A stretch of DNA of 64,000 bases, taken from a virus. Where the stretch lies: IMG/VR virus record IMGVR_UViG_3300025112_000005, positions 16,206 to 80,205 of that record; one strand, given 5' to 3'. Position numbers and translations under genes: made by a program. The notes below the pieces were generated by a model. It was not told where the DNA came from. It made no database searches and worked only from the letters and a program-made list of their open reading frames with translations. Within the stretch, counting starts at the first letter, position 1, and every line of letters begins with the position of its first letter. This document shows positions 53,922 through 64,000 of this stretch, one piece after another.

Positions 53922-55577
53922 ATGTATCCAGGCGTGGCGGTTCCTCAGTCGGGGCGGTTGGCGGCCCTCTTTCGGGTCCCCATCGACTACGTGTTGGAGG
54001 TGCGCGTGGACGGGCAGGTGGCCGTGGCGGTCAGCGTCCCCAACTACCCCGGTGGGCTCTCGCTTTCGCAGCCCCATGCGACCAGCGTCCGGCACACGTT
54101 GGGCGACGAGCCCGTGCGTGAGGCGACGGTGAACCGCTTCCGCACCATCGTGATCAGGGGCAACAGCGGGTTCCGAGCGCGCGCCGGCTACAACGAGCGG
54201 GGGGAAGTGATCTTCGCCGAGGGGCCGATCATCCTTCGCGAGTTCCAAGCGTTCCTCGACGCCTACCAGAAGCTCGTCGCAGAAGACGGCCCGCGGGTCA
54301 CGCTGGTCTTTCGGGCCTTCGCGGAGAACTACAACTACCGCTGCGAGATTGAGACCTGGGCAGTCGAGCGGGACGCGGCGACCACGCCGCTGGCCAACTG
54401 GTCGTTGACGCTGCGCGCGTATCTCGACGCGCCGCCCAACAACCCGATCAACCTGCTGTCCCCGGTGTCGGACTGGTTCGAGAAGGCCGCGCAGAAGATC
54501 CAGCTTGCGAACGCGTACATCGCGATTGCAGGCAATGCGACCACGAACTTTCGCGGTGATCTGGAGAGTTTGCGCGCGCCTGGGCGGGCGCTCCAACAGA
54601 CGGCGCTTGCGCTCCAGAACGTGGCTGACGGCGCGCGCGCTATTGCCCGTTTTCCTGCTGACATGGTGGCGGACTTCGCGAACGCTGCGCAGGGCTTCAA
54701 GGACGCGTACGAAGATGTTGTGGGTGGGCGCTTCGATGATCCGTTGGGGGTCAACGAGTGGGAAGCGCTCTCAGGAGAATGGGAGCGGTTGACCAACACG
54801 CTGGGGATCACGGCGGAGGATGCCCCGCGCGACAGCATGACCGCGCTGGGGTACAGCGGTGGTACAGCGGCGGACCTGGAGATGTCCAGGGCGCGTGCGC
54901 TGGCCGTGGGGCCGCTTGACGGGCTGTACCTACGCGCTCCGACACGCGGTCCCCGACTCGATGCGCAAGAGGCGACCCCCGTCCAGCTCCGCACGGGGGA
55001 GAACCTGCGCGATGTGGCGCTGCGCATCCTGGGCGATGCGGAGCAATGGATCGTGATCGCCGAGTACAACGGGTGGCAGAACGCGCACCGGCTGGGGAGC
55101 GGGCGGCCCGCGCGCCGGGGCGATTGGGTTCGGGTCCCGCGGGGTCGACGGAGCGAAACGCTCTTGCGTCGGTCGGACCCGTACATGCGCGACCTGTACC
55201 TGGACGCGGAGGGGGATCTGGAGCTTGTGGGGCAGGGCGGCACCACGGGTTTCTTGATGGACCTACGTACCGTGCGTGGTCCCGCGAATCTCCGGCAGGC
55301 GCTCACGGGACGGATGTTGACCGTGATGGGGGAATCGGCGGGGTTCCCGCAGTACGGGCTTCCGCGTGTGGTGGGGCTGGGCGGCTCTGCCAGCGGCGCC
55401 GCGTACATTGCCGCGCACGTCCGTGACCAGCTCCTCCGCGACCCTCGTGTGGACCTTGTGCAGAATCTCTCCGTGACCGACGAGGGGGATACCCTCACGG
55501 CGGAAGCCGACGTGACGCCCAAGGACGCGACGGGGTCCCCTGTCACGCTCCTGGCACCCCTACCATCTGCCGCGTAG
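53922..55577 (+). CDS. Fused baseplate protein: tube-initiator-like + LysM-like + gp25/wedge-like
   Basis: GENLRDVALRILGDAEQW..IAEYN (LysM-like); GPANLRQAL...GE...P.YG...DPRV (gp25-like). Confidence 0.78.
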   Translation: MYPGVAVPQSGRLAALFRVPIDYVLEVRVDGQVAVAVSVPNYPGGLSLSQPHATSVRHTLGDEPVREATVNRFRTIVIRGNSGFRARAGYNERGEVIFAEGPIILREFQAFLDAYQKLVAEDGPRVTLVFRAFAENYNYRCEIETWAVERDAATTPLANWSLTLRAYLDAPPNNPINLLSPVSDWFEKAAQKIQLANAYIAIAGNATTNFRGDLESLRAPGRALQQTALALQNVADGARAIARFPADMVADFANAAQGFKDAYEDVVGGRFDDPLGVNEWEALSGEWERLTNTLGITAEDAPRDSMTALGYSGGTAADLEMSRARALAVGPLDGLYLRAPTRGPRLDAQEATPVQLRTGENLRDVALRILGDAEQWIVIAEYNGWQNAHRLGSGRPARRGDWVRVPRGRRSETLLRRSDPYMRDLYLDAEGDLELVGQGGTTGFLMDLRTVRGPANLRQALTGRMLTVMGESAGFPQYGLPRVVGLGGSASGAAYIAAHVRDQLLRDPRVDLVQNLSVTDEGDTLTAEADVTPKDATGSPVTLLAPLPSAA

Positions 55578-55590
55578 AATAGGGGCGCTC

Positions 55591-56991
55591 ATGTCCTATG
55601 ACCCTCGAACAACGAGCCTGATCCTCCGCGAGATGGCGGCGCGCGTGGTGGCACGTGGCGGCGCCGACGACGTGGCGGAGGGCTCCGTGCTGGCGCACCT
55701 GCTCTACTGCTGGGCGGAGGAGCTGGGCGGGTTGGAGCACCGGCTGGCCCGTATCCGAAACGCGTTCTACCTCGACGGCGCCAGCGGGACCGACCTGGAC
55801 GACCGGGTGGCCGACCTGCCCCCCAGTGGGATCGTACGGCTCACGGCGAGCGCGGGCAGCGGCGGCGCGCTTGCGCTCACCCGCGTGGACACGGTGGGTG
55901 CACTCACCGTCCTTGCGGGGGCGACGTACGGGCGCACGGACGATAGCTCGTTGGTGTACCGGCAGCTCGCGGACGCGGTCTTCGCAGATGGCGTGGACAC
56001 GGCGCTTAACGTCGCCGTGGTGTGCCTCACTCCGGGAGTCGCGGGGAACGCTGCGGCAGGGCAGATCAACAAGATCATCAACGCGGTGGGAGCCACGGGC
56101 GCGATCGGCCGGACGGCGATCACCAACGGGCGAGACGCGGAGGGCGACGAAGCCCTGCGCATCCGCGCTCGCTCCTACCTGTCCAGCCTCACGGGCAGCA
56201 CGCCCGCGGCGCTGGAGTACCTGGGGCTTTCGTTCACGGCGGCGGACGGATCGCGCGCAGCCTTCGCGCGCATCTTCGAGGACCCCGACACCGTGGGGCT
56301 ATGCGAGCTGCTTCTGGACGATGGAAGCGGGCTCGTGGGGTACAGGCGCCCGGGGGCGCTCGCCACGGGGACAGTCCCCGACGGCGGGCCGCCCGTGCTT
56401 TGGCACGAAGCCCCTGCTGTGGAGCCCGTGACACGTATCGAGGCGAACATAGGGGGCCTGAACCGGGACCTGTTGGCGGCGGAGTACACGAGCATTCCAG
56501 AACGGGGGTTGGTGTACGTGGAAGACGGCGTATTTGCGCCGGGAGACACGTGGCAGATCAAAGCGTACGAGGTCTGGACAGGGCTCCCGGCCGAACTACA
56601 GGCGTTGATCGAGGGCGACCCCAGCGACCCCTTGAACGCGCCCGGCTACCGTGCGGCTGGTGTCCGTGTGCGGGTCACGGCGCCCAGCGTCTTCGACATC
56701 GCACTGTCCGTCAACGTCGTGCCCGTCAGCGGGCGCGATTGGGACGCGGTGACCGCGGACGTGAAGACGGCGGTGATTGAGTACATGGCGACCCTCGGCC
56801 CTGGTGAGCCGCTGTTCATTGCGCGCCTCATTGACCGGGTCATGGACAACGGCGACGTGCTCACGGTGCGGTTCTTCCAGGGGGCCGACGCCGCAACACC
56901 AGCGAACGATGTGATCCCGCCAAGCGCGCGTCACGTGTTGCGCACGGACGACGGTCGCATCACCGTTGTCCCGTTGCCCCAGGAGGTCTGA
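55591..56991 (+). CDS. Baseplate J-like wedge protein
   Basis: EGSV, ASGTDLD, GVAGN, NGRDAEGDEALR, YRAAGVRV. Confidence 0.9.
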   Translation: MSYDPRTTSLILREMAARVVARGGADDVAEGSVLAHLLYCWAEELGGLEHRLARIRNAFYLDGASGTDLDDRVADLPPSGIVRLTASAGSGGALALTRVDTVGALTVLAGATYGRTDDSSLVYRQLADAVFADGVDTALNVAVVCLTPGVAGNAAAGQINKIINAVGATGAIGRTAITNGRDAEGDEALRIRARSYLSSLTGSTPAALEYLGLSFTAADGSRAAFARIFEDPDTVGLCELLLDDGSGLVGYRRPGALATGTVPDGGPPVLWHEAPAVEPVTRIEANIGGLNRDLLAAEYTSIPERGLVYVEDGVFAPGDTWQIKAYEVWTGLPAELQALIEGDPSDPLNAPGYRAAGVRVRVTAPSVFDIALSVNVVPVSGRDWDAVTADVKTAVIEYMATLGPGEPLFIARLIDRVMDNGDVLTVRFFQGADAATPANDVIPPSARHVLRTDDGRITVVPLPQEV

Positions 56992-56993
56992 GC

Positions 56994-58511
56994 GTGTCGC
57001 AGGACAAGGTTCGGTTCGAGGATCAGGAGCGCGTCGACCGCCCCGACATGGACGCGCTCCAGGCGCTCGTCTACAAGTACGCCAGCGGGATGCTGGGCGG
57101 GGTCCTGGGGCCGGCGAGCGGGCTACTTACCCCGTTGTCGTGGACCAAGAGCAACGACGGCGTGGACTACTTCCTGACGCTCGATCGGCTGGTGGTGTGC
57201 CACACGGTGCAGACCGAGACCCGGGTGGAGGATCAGGCGGGTGGTGGGGGCGCAGTCAACGTGGGCACCGCGTGGGACTCGGTGGTGCACACATTCGCCC
57301 CCGGCGACGCGGGCCACGACAACCACCCCGTGAAGTACACCGCGGCGCGCGCTGCTGAGATGGGCGGCCCCGGGGGGACCAAGCCGTACGTCTGGTGTCG
57401 CCCCCAGGACGTGCCCGCGGACGTGGACACGCGCCGGATCTGGAACGTCGCCACGGGTGCGGAGTCGCCGTTGGCGATGGCCACCCGCAACCGGCAGCGG
57501 TTGATGTTCGAGGTCAGCACGGAGAAGCCCGCGATCGGTGCCGGGGCTGATTGGGTCGCCATTGCGCGCGTCTGGACGTGGGTCGATAACCAGATCAGCG
57601 TGCTGTACGGAATCAGCGCGTGGGACGACCCCGACCTGCACGCGCTCACTGAAGAAGGGGGCGTGGTCGAAGACCCCAGCGCGGAGTCGGCGAGCTTCGC
57701 CTACCCCCTCCAGCGGTTGGTAGAAGGCTCGGTCCCGGGGGGGCGCTTCGACGGCACCGTGAACACGTGGCCCCCAGGCACCCGGCGCAGCGGCGGCATC
57801 ATGTACGCGCTGCATTGGGTGCGGTCGCGTCTCCGGCGCCACATCAGCCAAGGCACGTACGACCCCGCGGGGACGGTCACGCGCCCGTGGTGGGAGCTGC
57901 CGGAGCTGAGCTTGAACGGGGCATACAAGTGGCTCACCACGAACACCACGAACATCGTAGCCAATGCCGCTGCGGCTCTCCTGAACAAGAACCACCTGAC
58001 CCGTAACGTGACGCTCTGCGCGGGGGTCCTTCAGTTCCACGCCGCGGGCATTCACGCAGCCCCGTACAACGTGGTGGGCTGGGCGCTGATGCACGGGTGG
58101 GGCATTGAGTCTGTAGCAATGGGGGGCACTGAACGCACCGTCATTGTCCGCTTCAAGGACAGTCTTATTACGGGGCGGGAGGGGTGGTACATTAGCGGGG
58201 TTACCTGCGCCCCCGTTTACGGCCCGGGGGTTGTTGCAAACCCCAGCGGGTTCCAGCTCAACGCGCATATGATCCCAGACGCCTACGCGACCCCCGCGGG
58301 GTTTTCTCCAGGGGACCTGAGCGCTTATGCGGGGGCTGCGGTAGGGCTCGCGGCGGGGCAGTATGGAATCAGGCTGGAGGTGTCCCAGCTCGTGGAAACG
58401 GGCGCAGTCCTCGACGGGGTACTTCCTGCTGATGGGGTGATCAACGACATTCACGCATGGGCGGTGAACGTGGTGATCAGCAAGTTCAAGCCCGGGGACG
58501 CGGGGGTCTAA
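56994..58511 (+). CDS. Baseplate/tail-fibre-associated structural protein
   Basis: Follows baseplate J; ERVDRPD N-terminus; C-terminal part lower in GC. Confidence 0.6.
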   Translation: MSQDKVRFEDQERVDRPDMDALQALVYKYASGMLGGVLGPASGLLTPLSWTKSNDGVDYFLTLDRLVVCHTVQTETRVEDQAGGGGAVNVGTAWDSVVHTFAPGDAGHDNHPVKYTAARAAEMGGPGGTKPYVWCRPQDVPADVDTRRIWNVATGAESPLAMATRNRQRLMFEVSTEKPAIGAGADWVAIARVWTWVDNQISVLYGISAWDDPDLHALTEEGGVVEDPSAESASFAYPLQRLVEGSVPGGRFDGTVNTWPPGTRRSGGIMYALHWVRSRLRRHISQGTYDPAGTVTRPWWELPELSLNGAYKWLTTNTTNIVANAAAALLNKNHLTRNVTLCAGVLQFHAAGIHAAPYNVVGWALMHGWGIESVAMGGTERTVIVRFKDSLITGREGWYISGVTCAPVYGPGVVANPSGFQLNAHMIPDAYATPAGFSPGDLSAYAGAAVGLAAGQYGIRLEVSQLVETGAVLDGVLPADGVINDIHAWAVNVVISKFKPGDAGV

Positions 58512-58514
58512 CCA

Positions 58515-59642
58515 GTGGCTATCACGGCATACGCGAGCGGGGACAGCGCCCCGATCACCAACCCCGATGTGGACATCGCGGTGGATCTGTCCGCCGTCTC
58601 GCTCCCGCAGACCGTCCAGCTCTACGGCGACGCGTACGACGACGCGAACCCGTCAAACACGGCGTGGAATTGGACCTGGACGGTGTTGGACGACGACGGG
58701 CCGGGAAACCCCTTCCCGCTCGCCCCGTCGGGGGTCGTACAGAATCCCACCGGGGATGTGCCGACGTGGCGCAACGTCCGGCTGTTCCTGATCGTCCAGA
58801 ACACCAACACGTCGGTGTTCAGCGAGCAGGATCCGCTGAAGGCGCCCAACAGCGCGTTTGTGATCGTGCGCGTGCTCAGCACGACCGCGGGCCTGGAGAA
58901 GCTGGCCGCGGGGGAACGCGACTACCACGACAAGCTGCACAGCGTGATCGCCCAGGTTGAGACCGACGCGGGTGGGGTCGGCACGCACACGGTGGCGTCG
59001 CACTCAGACACCAGCGCCACGGGCGCCCAGCTCGACACCCTGACGACCAACGCCGACGCGACGGGGCTGCACAAGCACGGCGCGGCGGACTTGCCCGTGG
59101 CCACGAGCACGGCCAAGGGTGCGGTGACGTTGGAGGAGACGGGCAGCGGCGCGGCGAAGGTAATCACCCGCGAGCGTGTGCAGCTTCAGGCGTCCGTGGA
59201 CGGGACCCGGGTCGACGGCTCGGGGTGGGTCGGAGGGCAGGTGGTCCCCGCGACCTACGAGACCGACCAAGCGGTCAGCGGCGGCAAGCCGTTGGCGATC
59301 TGGAAGGCCGGCGAAGCGATCAAGCTCCTGGGCTGGGCGGTGCAGCTCGTGGACGGGGGCAAGAGCAGCGCCGCGCACCCCTACAAGTTCCGCCTGGGCG
59401 TGGCCAACGCCACCCAGCTCGCTGCGGGGACGTGGGCGGACCTGGGCTCAGAGCTGACGGGCTCGCCGTCGTCGGACGGAGCCCCCTTGGCGCTGAGCGC
59501 CGCGCTGGGCGCAGAGCACGCGCTACCCGTGGGGGAATACGTCGCGTTGTTCTGCCTCGCAGCTCCGCGCGTTGCCGCGGACAGCGAGGCGCCCGGGGGC
59601 GGGCTCACCGTCCAGGTCTTCGCACGCAGGGAGGTTGCCTGA
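58515..59642 (+). CDS. Virion structural / fibre protein
   Basis: PKD-like N-terminus (WNWTW), GLHKH, ATSTAKGAVTL. Confidence 0.6.
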   Translation: MAITAYASGDSAPITNPDVDIAVDLSAVSLPQTVQLYGDAYDDANPSNTAWNWTWTVLDDDGPGNPFPLAPSGVVQNPTGDVPTWRNVRLFLIVQNTNTSVFSEQDPLKAPNSAFVIVRVLSTTAGLEKLAAGERDYHDKLHSVIAQVETDAGGVGTHTVASHSDTSATGAQLDTLTTNADATGLHKHGAADLPVATSTAKGAVTLEETGSGAAKVITRERVQLQASVDGTRVDGSGWVGGQVVPATYETDQAVSGGKPLAIWKAGEAIKLLGWAVQLVDGGKSSAAHPYKFRLGVANATQLAAGTWADLGSELTGSPSSDGAPLALSAALGAEHALPVGEYVALFCLAAPRVAADSEAPGGGLTVQVFARREVA

Positions 59643-60175
59643 TGGCCGTTGCAAGCACCCGCAGCGCGTCCCCTACGAAGTCGGACGCCGTGCCACGCCC
59701 CCGCCCGGGTGGTATCTGGCGCTTTGATCTGGACTACACACAGTTTCAGGTCAGCGGTTCGCGCATCACGCTCGACCTGCGACCCACCGACCGCGTGACC
59801 GCGGAGCCCGTGCTGATCAAAGCCGTGTGGGCGCTGGTCAACTTGGTGTTCACAGGCGAGACGACGATTGAGCTGGACGTGGGGCAGACCAACGGCGATG
59901 CCAACGAGTACCTGCACGCGGGCGACCTGACCGGCTCCGGCACCATCGGACAGACCCAGGCAGAGCGCGGCACGGCATCGGACGGGCGCAACGCGGTAAT
60001 GCTGGGCGACCTGCTTGCGACCGTCGACCTGGACACCGGCAGCGGCACGAACCTGACCGCGGGCGGCCTGGAGTTGTTCGTGGCCTACGAGGAGCTGGAC
60101 GAGGCCAACCACCCGGAGACCCCGCACGCGGCGCCCACCCAGGTCTCCGACCCAGGGCGCGGGACCGTGCTCTGA
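59642..60175 (+). CDS. Virion structural beta-protein
   Basis: TGATG overlaps at both ends; jelly-roll-like composition. Confidence 0.6.
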   Translation: MAVASTRSASPTKSDAVPRPRPGGIWRFDLDYTQFQVSGSRITLDLRPTDRVTAEPVLIKAVWALVNLVFTGETTIELDVGQTNGDANEYLHAGDLTGSGTIGQTQAERGTASDGRNAVMLGDLLATVDLDTGSGTNLTAGGLELFVAYEELDEANHPETPHAAPTQVSDPGRGTVL

Positions 60176-61062
60176 TGCCGGGCGGCTTCGGCGACGACTC
60201 GCGGCACCTGAACGGGCTCGGGGCGGACTCCGGCTTCGGATCCCCCTCCTCGTTGTCGAGCCCCAGCGATGCCGGCTTTGGCTCCGTGCGCGAGCTGCGC
60301 GACCCCGGGCTGCGCATCGCGCCGTGGCACTTCCAACACACGCTCTACCCCGATGAAGGCGGCGTGCTTGTGCGCGTCATGGGGGCCTTCCCAAACCGCG
60401 GCCCGTGGCGTGTGCGGCTCACCCCCGACGCGGGCGCGACGCTGCACCCGTTGGGGAAGGTCGGTTGCTACGGCGGGATCATCGGGAAGGCGCACGCGTG
60501 CTACACGAACCCGGAGCAGACGGCGCTGGTGTTCGTGCTCCCACCCTTGGCGGTCGGTTACTACGACGTGTGGATGGACGAGCTGGCCCCGGAGGACATC
60601 GCGGGCGGTGTGGTCGGTCCCGTGCGCCTCGTGCTCGGGGGGCTGACGGTCATTGTGCGCAACCCTTGCGAGGAGACGTACAGCGTACGGGCGACGTACC
60701 CGCCGCGGTTCAAGACGGGCGTGCGGGCGTGGGAGCTGGAAGACGGCACCTTGCCGGCGCTCCCGACCCCGCCTTTAGAGACGTTCACGCGGACGCTGGG
60801 GCAGGTCGCCCAGCAGACGGGCGGGTCGCCGCAATCGCGGCTGGCGCTCGCGCTCGTGCCGGACGCGGCGATCATCGTCGTGCAGTCCACCATCGGCTTC
60901 CCCGACGCGGGGGAGGTGTGGGTGCGTGAACGGCGGTACGCCTACACCAGCAAGACGGTGGTGTGGTTCGAGGGGCTCACGCTGCTGACCGCGGACGACC
61001 GGCGCACCATCCCGAAGCTCACGGAGGTCACGTGTCATGCTCCAGCCCTACTCGCAGGCTGA
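60175..61062 (+). CDS. Tail/baseplate-associated protein
   Basis: GFG repeats, IPT-like segment, STIGFPDAG motif. Confidence 0.6.
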   Translation: MPGGFGDDSRHLNGLGADSGFGSPSSLSSPSDAGFGSVRELRDPGLRIAPWHFQHTLYPDEGGVLVRVMGAFPNRGPWRVRLTPDAGATLHPLGKVGCYGGIIGKAHACYTNPEQTALVFVLPPLAVGYYDVWMDELAPEDIAGGVVGPVRLVLGGLTVIVRNPCEETYSVRATYPPRFKTGVRAWELEDGTLPALPTPPLETFTRTLGQVAQQTGGSPQSRLALALVPDAAIIVVQSTIGFPDAGEVWVRERRYAYTSKTVVWFEGLTLLTADDRRTIPKLTEVTCHAPALLAG

Positions 61063-61888
61063 GATTGCGCACCGGGATACGCTGATCCAGAAGGCGGAGG
61101 ACTTCGCGCTGGACCGCTTGGGGGAGCTGTACGGCATCCCCCGGATCCCGGTCATCAAACGCGAGTTCTGGCGGCGGGTGATGCACGCGGCGGCGCTTGG
61201 ACCCCGGGACCGCATGGGGACGATCTTCGCCGTCACCGACGCGCTGTTGCGCCCGTGGTCCGACCTGCTGACGACCACCTGCAACCTGGAAGCGGCCAAC
61301 CCGCGGAAGCTCATCGGGGGCACGCCCCGTGGGCAGGCGTGGAGCTGCACGCACGAGGGGCGTCTGGTGGTCGTGGGGACGCACGGCGTGTTCTGGACGA
61401 CGGACGTGGTGGGCGCGGACATGGAGCTGTCGCACATCCCAACGACGTACTGGAAGCGGGCCAACTGGACGGTGGACGAGGACGACGTGAGCGTGCGCGT
61501 GCTCCCGTTCTGGCTGCGCGAAGACGGCGCCCGCGTGCGGATCTACCTCGACAGCGAGATGTTCAGCGTGCCGGCGACCTACCTCCAACCCAACAGCCTC
61601 GACGCCATCCCCGCGGGGCAACCGCTGGGCGGCGCGCTCGTGCAGGACGCGACGGTGCCCGCAGCGCTTCCAGGGCCGTTCTACCTGCGCGGCGACGGGC
61701 TGCGCGGGATGTTTCAGGTGTTGCTCGACGGGCTCTGCGCGGCGGGGGTCCAGCTCGAAATGCTGTCATTGGAGTGGTGCGGTGCGACGGCGCTCGGGAT
61801 CGGCCCGTTGGAGGACTTGAATCAGTACGGTAGGATCGTGGGCGCGGACGTACCCTCGCCCGCGTCGCTCATCGGTTGGGGGGGCTGA
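61037..61888 (+). CDS. Baseplate wedge (tail protein I-like) protein
   Basis: AEDFALDRLGELYGIPR and AAGV motifs. Confidence 0.6.
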   Translation: MLQPYSQAEIAHRDTLIQKAEDFALDRLGELYGIPRIPVIKREFWRRVMHAAALGPRDRMGTIFAVTDALLRPWSDLLTTTCNLEAANPRKLIGGTPRGQAWSCTHEGRLVVVGTHGVFWTTDVVGADMELSHIPTTYWKRANWTVDEDDVSVRVLPFWLREDGARVRIYLDSEMFSVPATYLQPNSLDAIPAGQPLGGALVQDATVPAALPGPFYLRGDGLRGMFQVLLDGLCAAGVQLEMLSLEWCGATALGIGPLEDLNQYGRIVGADVPSPASLIGWGG

Positions 61889-61890
61889 GC

Positions 61891-62631
61891 ATGGGACTGT
61901 TTGACGACGTGTCGCGCTGGATGCAGCGCGATTGGCTCATGGCGGAGCTGGACAACGACGCGCCCGAAGACCCGGGCACGGGAGCGGACGCGAAGCGGCG
62001 AAAGAAGGCCGACCCCGGGACCGTCGTCGTAGCTACCGCGCTCGCTGAGTGGGAGCGCGTTGTGCGCGAGCCCCGCGGCGAGGCCAACCGGGTGGACGAG
62101 TACATCCGCGGCGACCTGGGCCTGGGCTGGTCGACCGCGGACGCGATCAACTGGACCCCCAACGCCCCGTACACGCGCAACGGCATGTTCCAATGGTGCG
62201 GGGCCTTCGCCGCGTTCTGCTGGGGTACCGCGGGCCTACGCGCCGACCCCGTCCGCAAGAAGAGCTGGGCGAGCACCGTCCGGCTCTACAAGTGGGCGCA
62301 GGGGTCCGAGCGGGTGGTCAGCGTCCCCGACGGGCTATTGCCCGGCGACGTGGTGATCGTGACCCGCGGCAAGAAGAAGCAGGGGGAGCACATCTGCCTC
62401 GTGGAGCGTGTCGACCTGGACGCGAAGCTGGTGCACACCATCGAGGGCAACGCTCGGGGGCGTGGCGGCGACGGCGAGGTGTTCGAGGGCGTGATCCGAC
62501 GGACCCGCCCGTGGCCGAAGGCGCTCGGGGGCTGGGGCCGACGCGGCAAGATGCGGTGCCCGGTCTCGGGGCTCTCGCAGTCGTCTGATATCGTGTGGGC
62601 CTACCGCCCGTTGGCTGAGGATCTGGTCTGA
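61891..62631 (+). CDS. CHAP-domain endolysin
   Basis: WCGAF, PGDVVI, HICLV, TIEGN. Confidence 0.88.
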   Translation: MGLFDDVSRWMQRDWLMAELDNDAPEDPGTGADAKRRKKADPGTVVVATALAEWERVVREPRGEANRVDEYIRGDLGLGWSTADAINWTPNAPYTRNGMFQWCGAFAAFCWGTAGLRADPVRKKSWASTVRLYKWAQGSERVVSVPDGLLPGDVVIVTRGKKKQGEHICLVERVDLDAKLVHTIEGNARGRGGDGEVFEGVIRRTRPWPKALGGWGRRGKMRCPVSGLSQSSDIVWAYRPLAEDLV

Positions 62632-62882
62632 TGGGATGGATCAAGAACACCGCGGGGAAGCCAGATAGCCAGTTCACGCTGCTGCTGGGCTGGAACATCC
62701 TTACGGCGCTGCTGGTCGTCTACGTCGTGGTGCGCGGATCGATGGGTACGCCCGTCGCCGTCGACTCGGAGGTCTGGGCGGTCTGTGTGGGGATGGCGGT
62801 CGGCAAGGGCTATAATTATGTGAAGCGTCGAGGGCAAGCGGCGGCGGACGCCCCCCTGCCCGGCGAGGATCTGGCAGGATGA
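62631..62882 (+). CDS. Putative holin
   Basis: Two hydrophobic segments; adjacent to the endolysin. Confidence 0.6.
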   Translation: MGWIKNTAGKPDSQFTLLLGWNILTALLVVYVVVRGSMGTPVAVDSEVWAVCVGMAVGKGYNYVKRRGQAAADAPLPGEDLAG

Positions 62883-62889
62883 GGAACAC

Positions 62890-63321
62890 GTGGCAGAGAC
62901 GGTCGAAGGCGTGGCGGGCAATCCACGGCGTGCACGAGGAGCCTTCCCCATGAGCATATTGCTGGTGCTGGTGTCTGCCATGCTCGCGCCCGCGTCCACG
63001 AACGCGGAGGTGCTCCAGCGCATCGAGAAGGGCCAGATCCAGCTCGTCGCCGACGTACGGTCCATCAAGGAAGACGTGTCGGACCTGAAGGACAAGCAGC
63101 GCCGGAGCGACGACATTTACCGGGACCACCACATCCCCACGCGGGACCAGTGGTCGGCGGTGGCCACCAAAGCGGAGGTCACAGCGCTTGCGGCGCGCGT
63201 TGCGCAGATCGAGCGACGCATGGACTACCTGCTGGGCGCGCTCGTTGTCGTGCTCGGGCTCCTGGGCTGGGTCTCGAACAGCACCCGGGTCCAGGTCAAG
63301 GGACTGGTGGACAACTCGTGA
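62890..63321 (+). CDS. Membrane coiled-coil protein in the lysis cassette
   Basis: N- and C-terminal hydrophobic segments with a coiled coil between. Confidence 0.55.
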   Translation: MAETVEGVAGNPRRARGAFPMSILLVLVSAMLAPASTNAEVLQRIEKGQIQLVADVRSIKEDVSDLKDKQRRSDDIYRDHHIPTRDQWSAVATKAEVTALAARVAQIERRMDYLLGALVVVLGLLGWVSNSTRVQVKGLVDNS

Positions 63322-63587
63322 CGACGTGGATCGTCGGGCTTGTCGGCGGTCTTCTCGCCACGCTGGCGCTCTGGTGGGGCCGGTCTCAGCGGCGCGGCAA
63401 GCTGGTGGCGCAGGAGCGCGAGCGCGTGGCCCAGGTCGAGCTGGTCGAGCACAAGCGCATAGACGTGAAGGTTGAGGAAGCGGTGGAGCGTAGCGAGGCG
63501 GTGCGCGAAGATCTGGCGGACGAGAAAGAGAAGATCGACCGCGCCGACCTGGGCGATCTGGTCAGCATGGTGGACGACCTACCGTGA
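63318..63587 (+). CDS. i-spanin-like membrane protein
   Basis: N-terminal TM then a charged coiled coil. Confidence 0.5.
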   Translation: MTTWIVGLVGGLLATLALWWGRSQRRGKLVAQERERVAQVELVEHKRIDVKVEEAVERSEAVREDLADEKEKIDRADLGDLVSMVDDLP

Positions 63588-63937
63588 TCACGCTCGTGCT
63601 CATCGCCCAGCTCTGCACCGGAGCGGTCGCGCTCCAGCCCGGGGACGTGGCCGACTGCACCGGCATCCTCTGGCCCATCGACAAAACCAAAGCGGTCATC
63701 GCCTGCCACAAAGTGGACCTGCCCGACTGCGAACGGCGGCTGACGTTGGTGCGCGACACCCTCACGGCGAAGCTGGAGGGCTGTCAGGCGTCCCTGGGGG
63801 CCTGCAAGGGTGCTGCGGATCCCCTCGCGCCCGTCGAGCCCGAAACACCCGTCTGGGGCTACCTCACGGCGGGCGGCGGTGGATTACTCGTCGGTGCCCT
63901 TGCCGGGGTCCTGCTGGTCGTCGTCGCGCTCGACTGA
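63584..63937 (+). CDS. Spanin-like secreted/membrane protein
   Basis: Signal-like N-terminus with Cys, several Cys, C-terminal TM. Confidence 0.5.
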   Translation: MITLVLIAQLCTGAVALQPGDVADCTGILWPIDKTKAVIACHKVDLPDCERRLTLVRDTLTAKLEGCQASLGACKGAADPLAPVEPETPVWGYLTAGGGGLLVGALAGVLLVVVALD

Positions 63938-64000
63938 CGGAATCATCTGGCTTGTCGGTTGCATCCTTCCGCGCTCCCGCCGCCGGAATCATCTGGCGTG

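Noticed and set aside
1035-58454. Many long minus-strand ORFs (e.g. 1035-2765, 5867-8572, 27911-29875, 36724-38358, 57123-58454)
   Set aside because: Shadow ORFs of high-GC3 genes on the + strand; Arg/Pro/Ala-rich with no recognisable motifs
1-64000. CRISPR array, diversity-generating retroelement, integrase or transposase
   Set aside because: No regular repeat-spacer array, reverse transcriptase motif, adenine-specific TR/VR pair or recombinase signature seen by eye

Overview
The window is about 64 kb of a very GC-rich tailed phage genome (contractile tail). Portal, prohead protease and major capsid protein resemble the SPO1/Twort-like head module. A Myxococcota host is only weakly suggested, by the GC content and a PDAG-repeat membrane protein. 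Gene order: two small leftward genes; divergent HTH; primase-polymerase/SF3 helicase with a repeat-rich origin behind it; VRR-NUC; lytic transglycosylase and small accessory genes; probable TerS; TerL; a 30-kb head region; MuF, protease, scaffold, capsid; neck, sheath, tube, chaperone, tape measure, baseplate; and a lysis cassette. No integrase, DNA polymerase or CRISPR array was seen. The most interesting feature is a set of six giant (820-1470 aa) mosaic proteins encoded around the terminase and portal genes. They share four short modules, three of them repeated between genes and some nearly identical at DNA level. Several of these modules directly follow the same L-x-K-[AS] motif found at the capsid, portal, protease and scaffold processing positions. 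Five of the six proteins also carry sliding-clamp-like Q-x-x-L-[FL] motifs. Their domains include a TGT/DpdA-like base-exchange fold with a YaaA/DUF6884-like domain, an HhH plus PAPS-reductase-family PP-loop enzyme, an SNF2 ATPase, ddrB-type ParB plus ParB, zincin HExxH domains and LPD5/LPD1. I infer a modular system of protease-processed, capsid-packaged and injected DNA-modification or anti-defence polyproteins. A 38-nt near-perfect inverted repeat links two unrelated genes 5.8 kb apart. All domain calls come from reading motifs by eye; no database searches were run.
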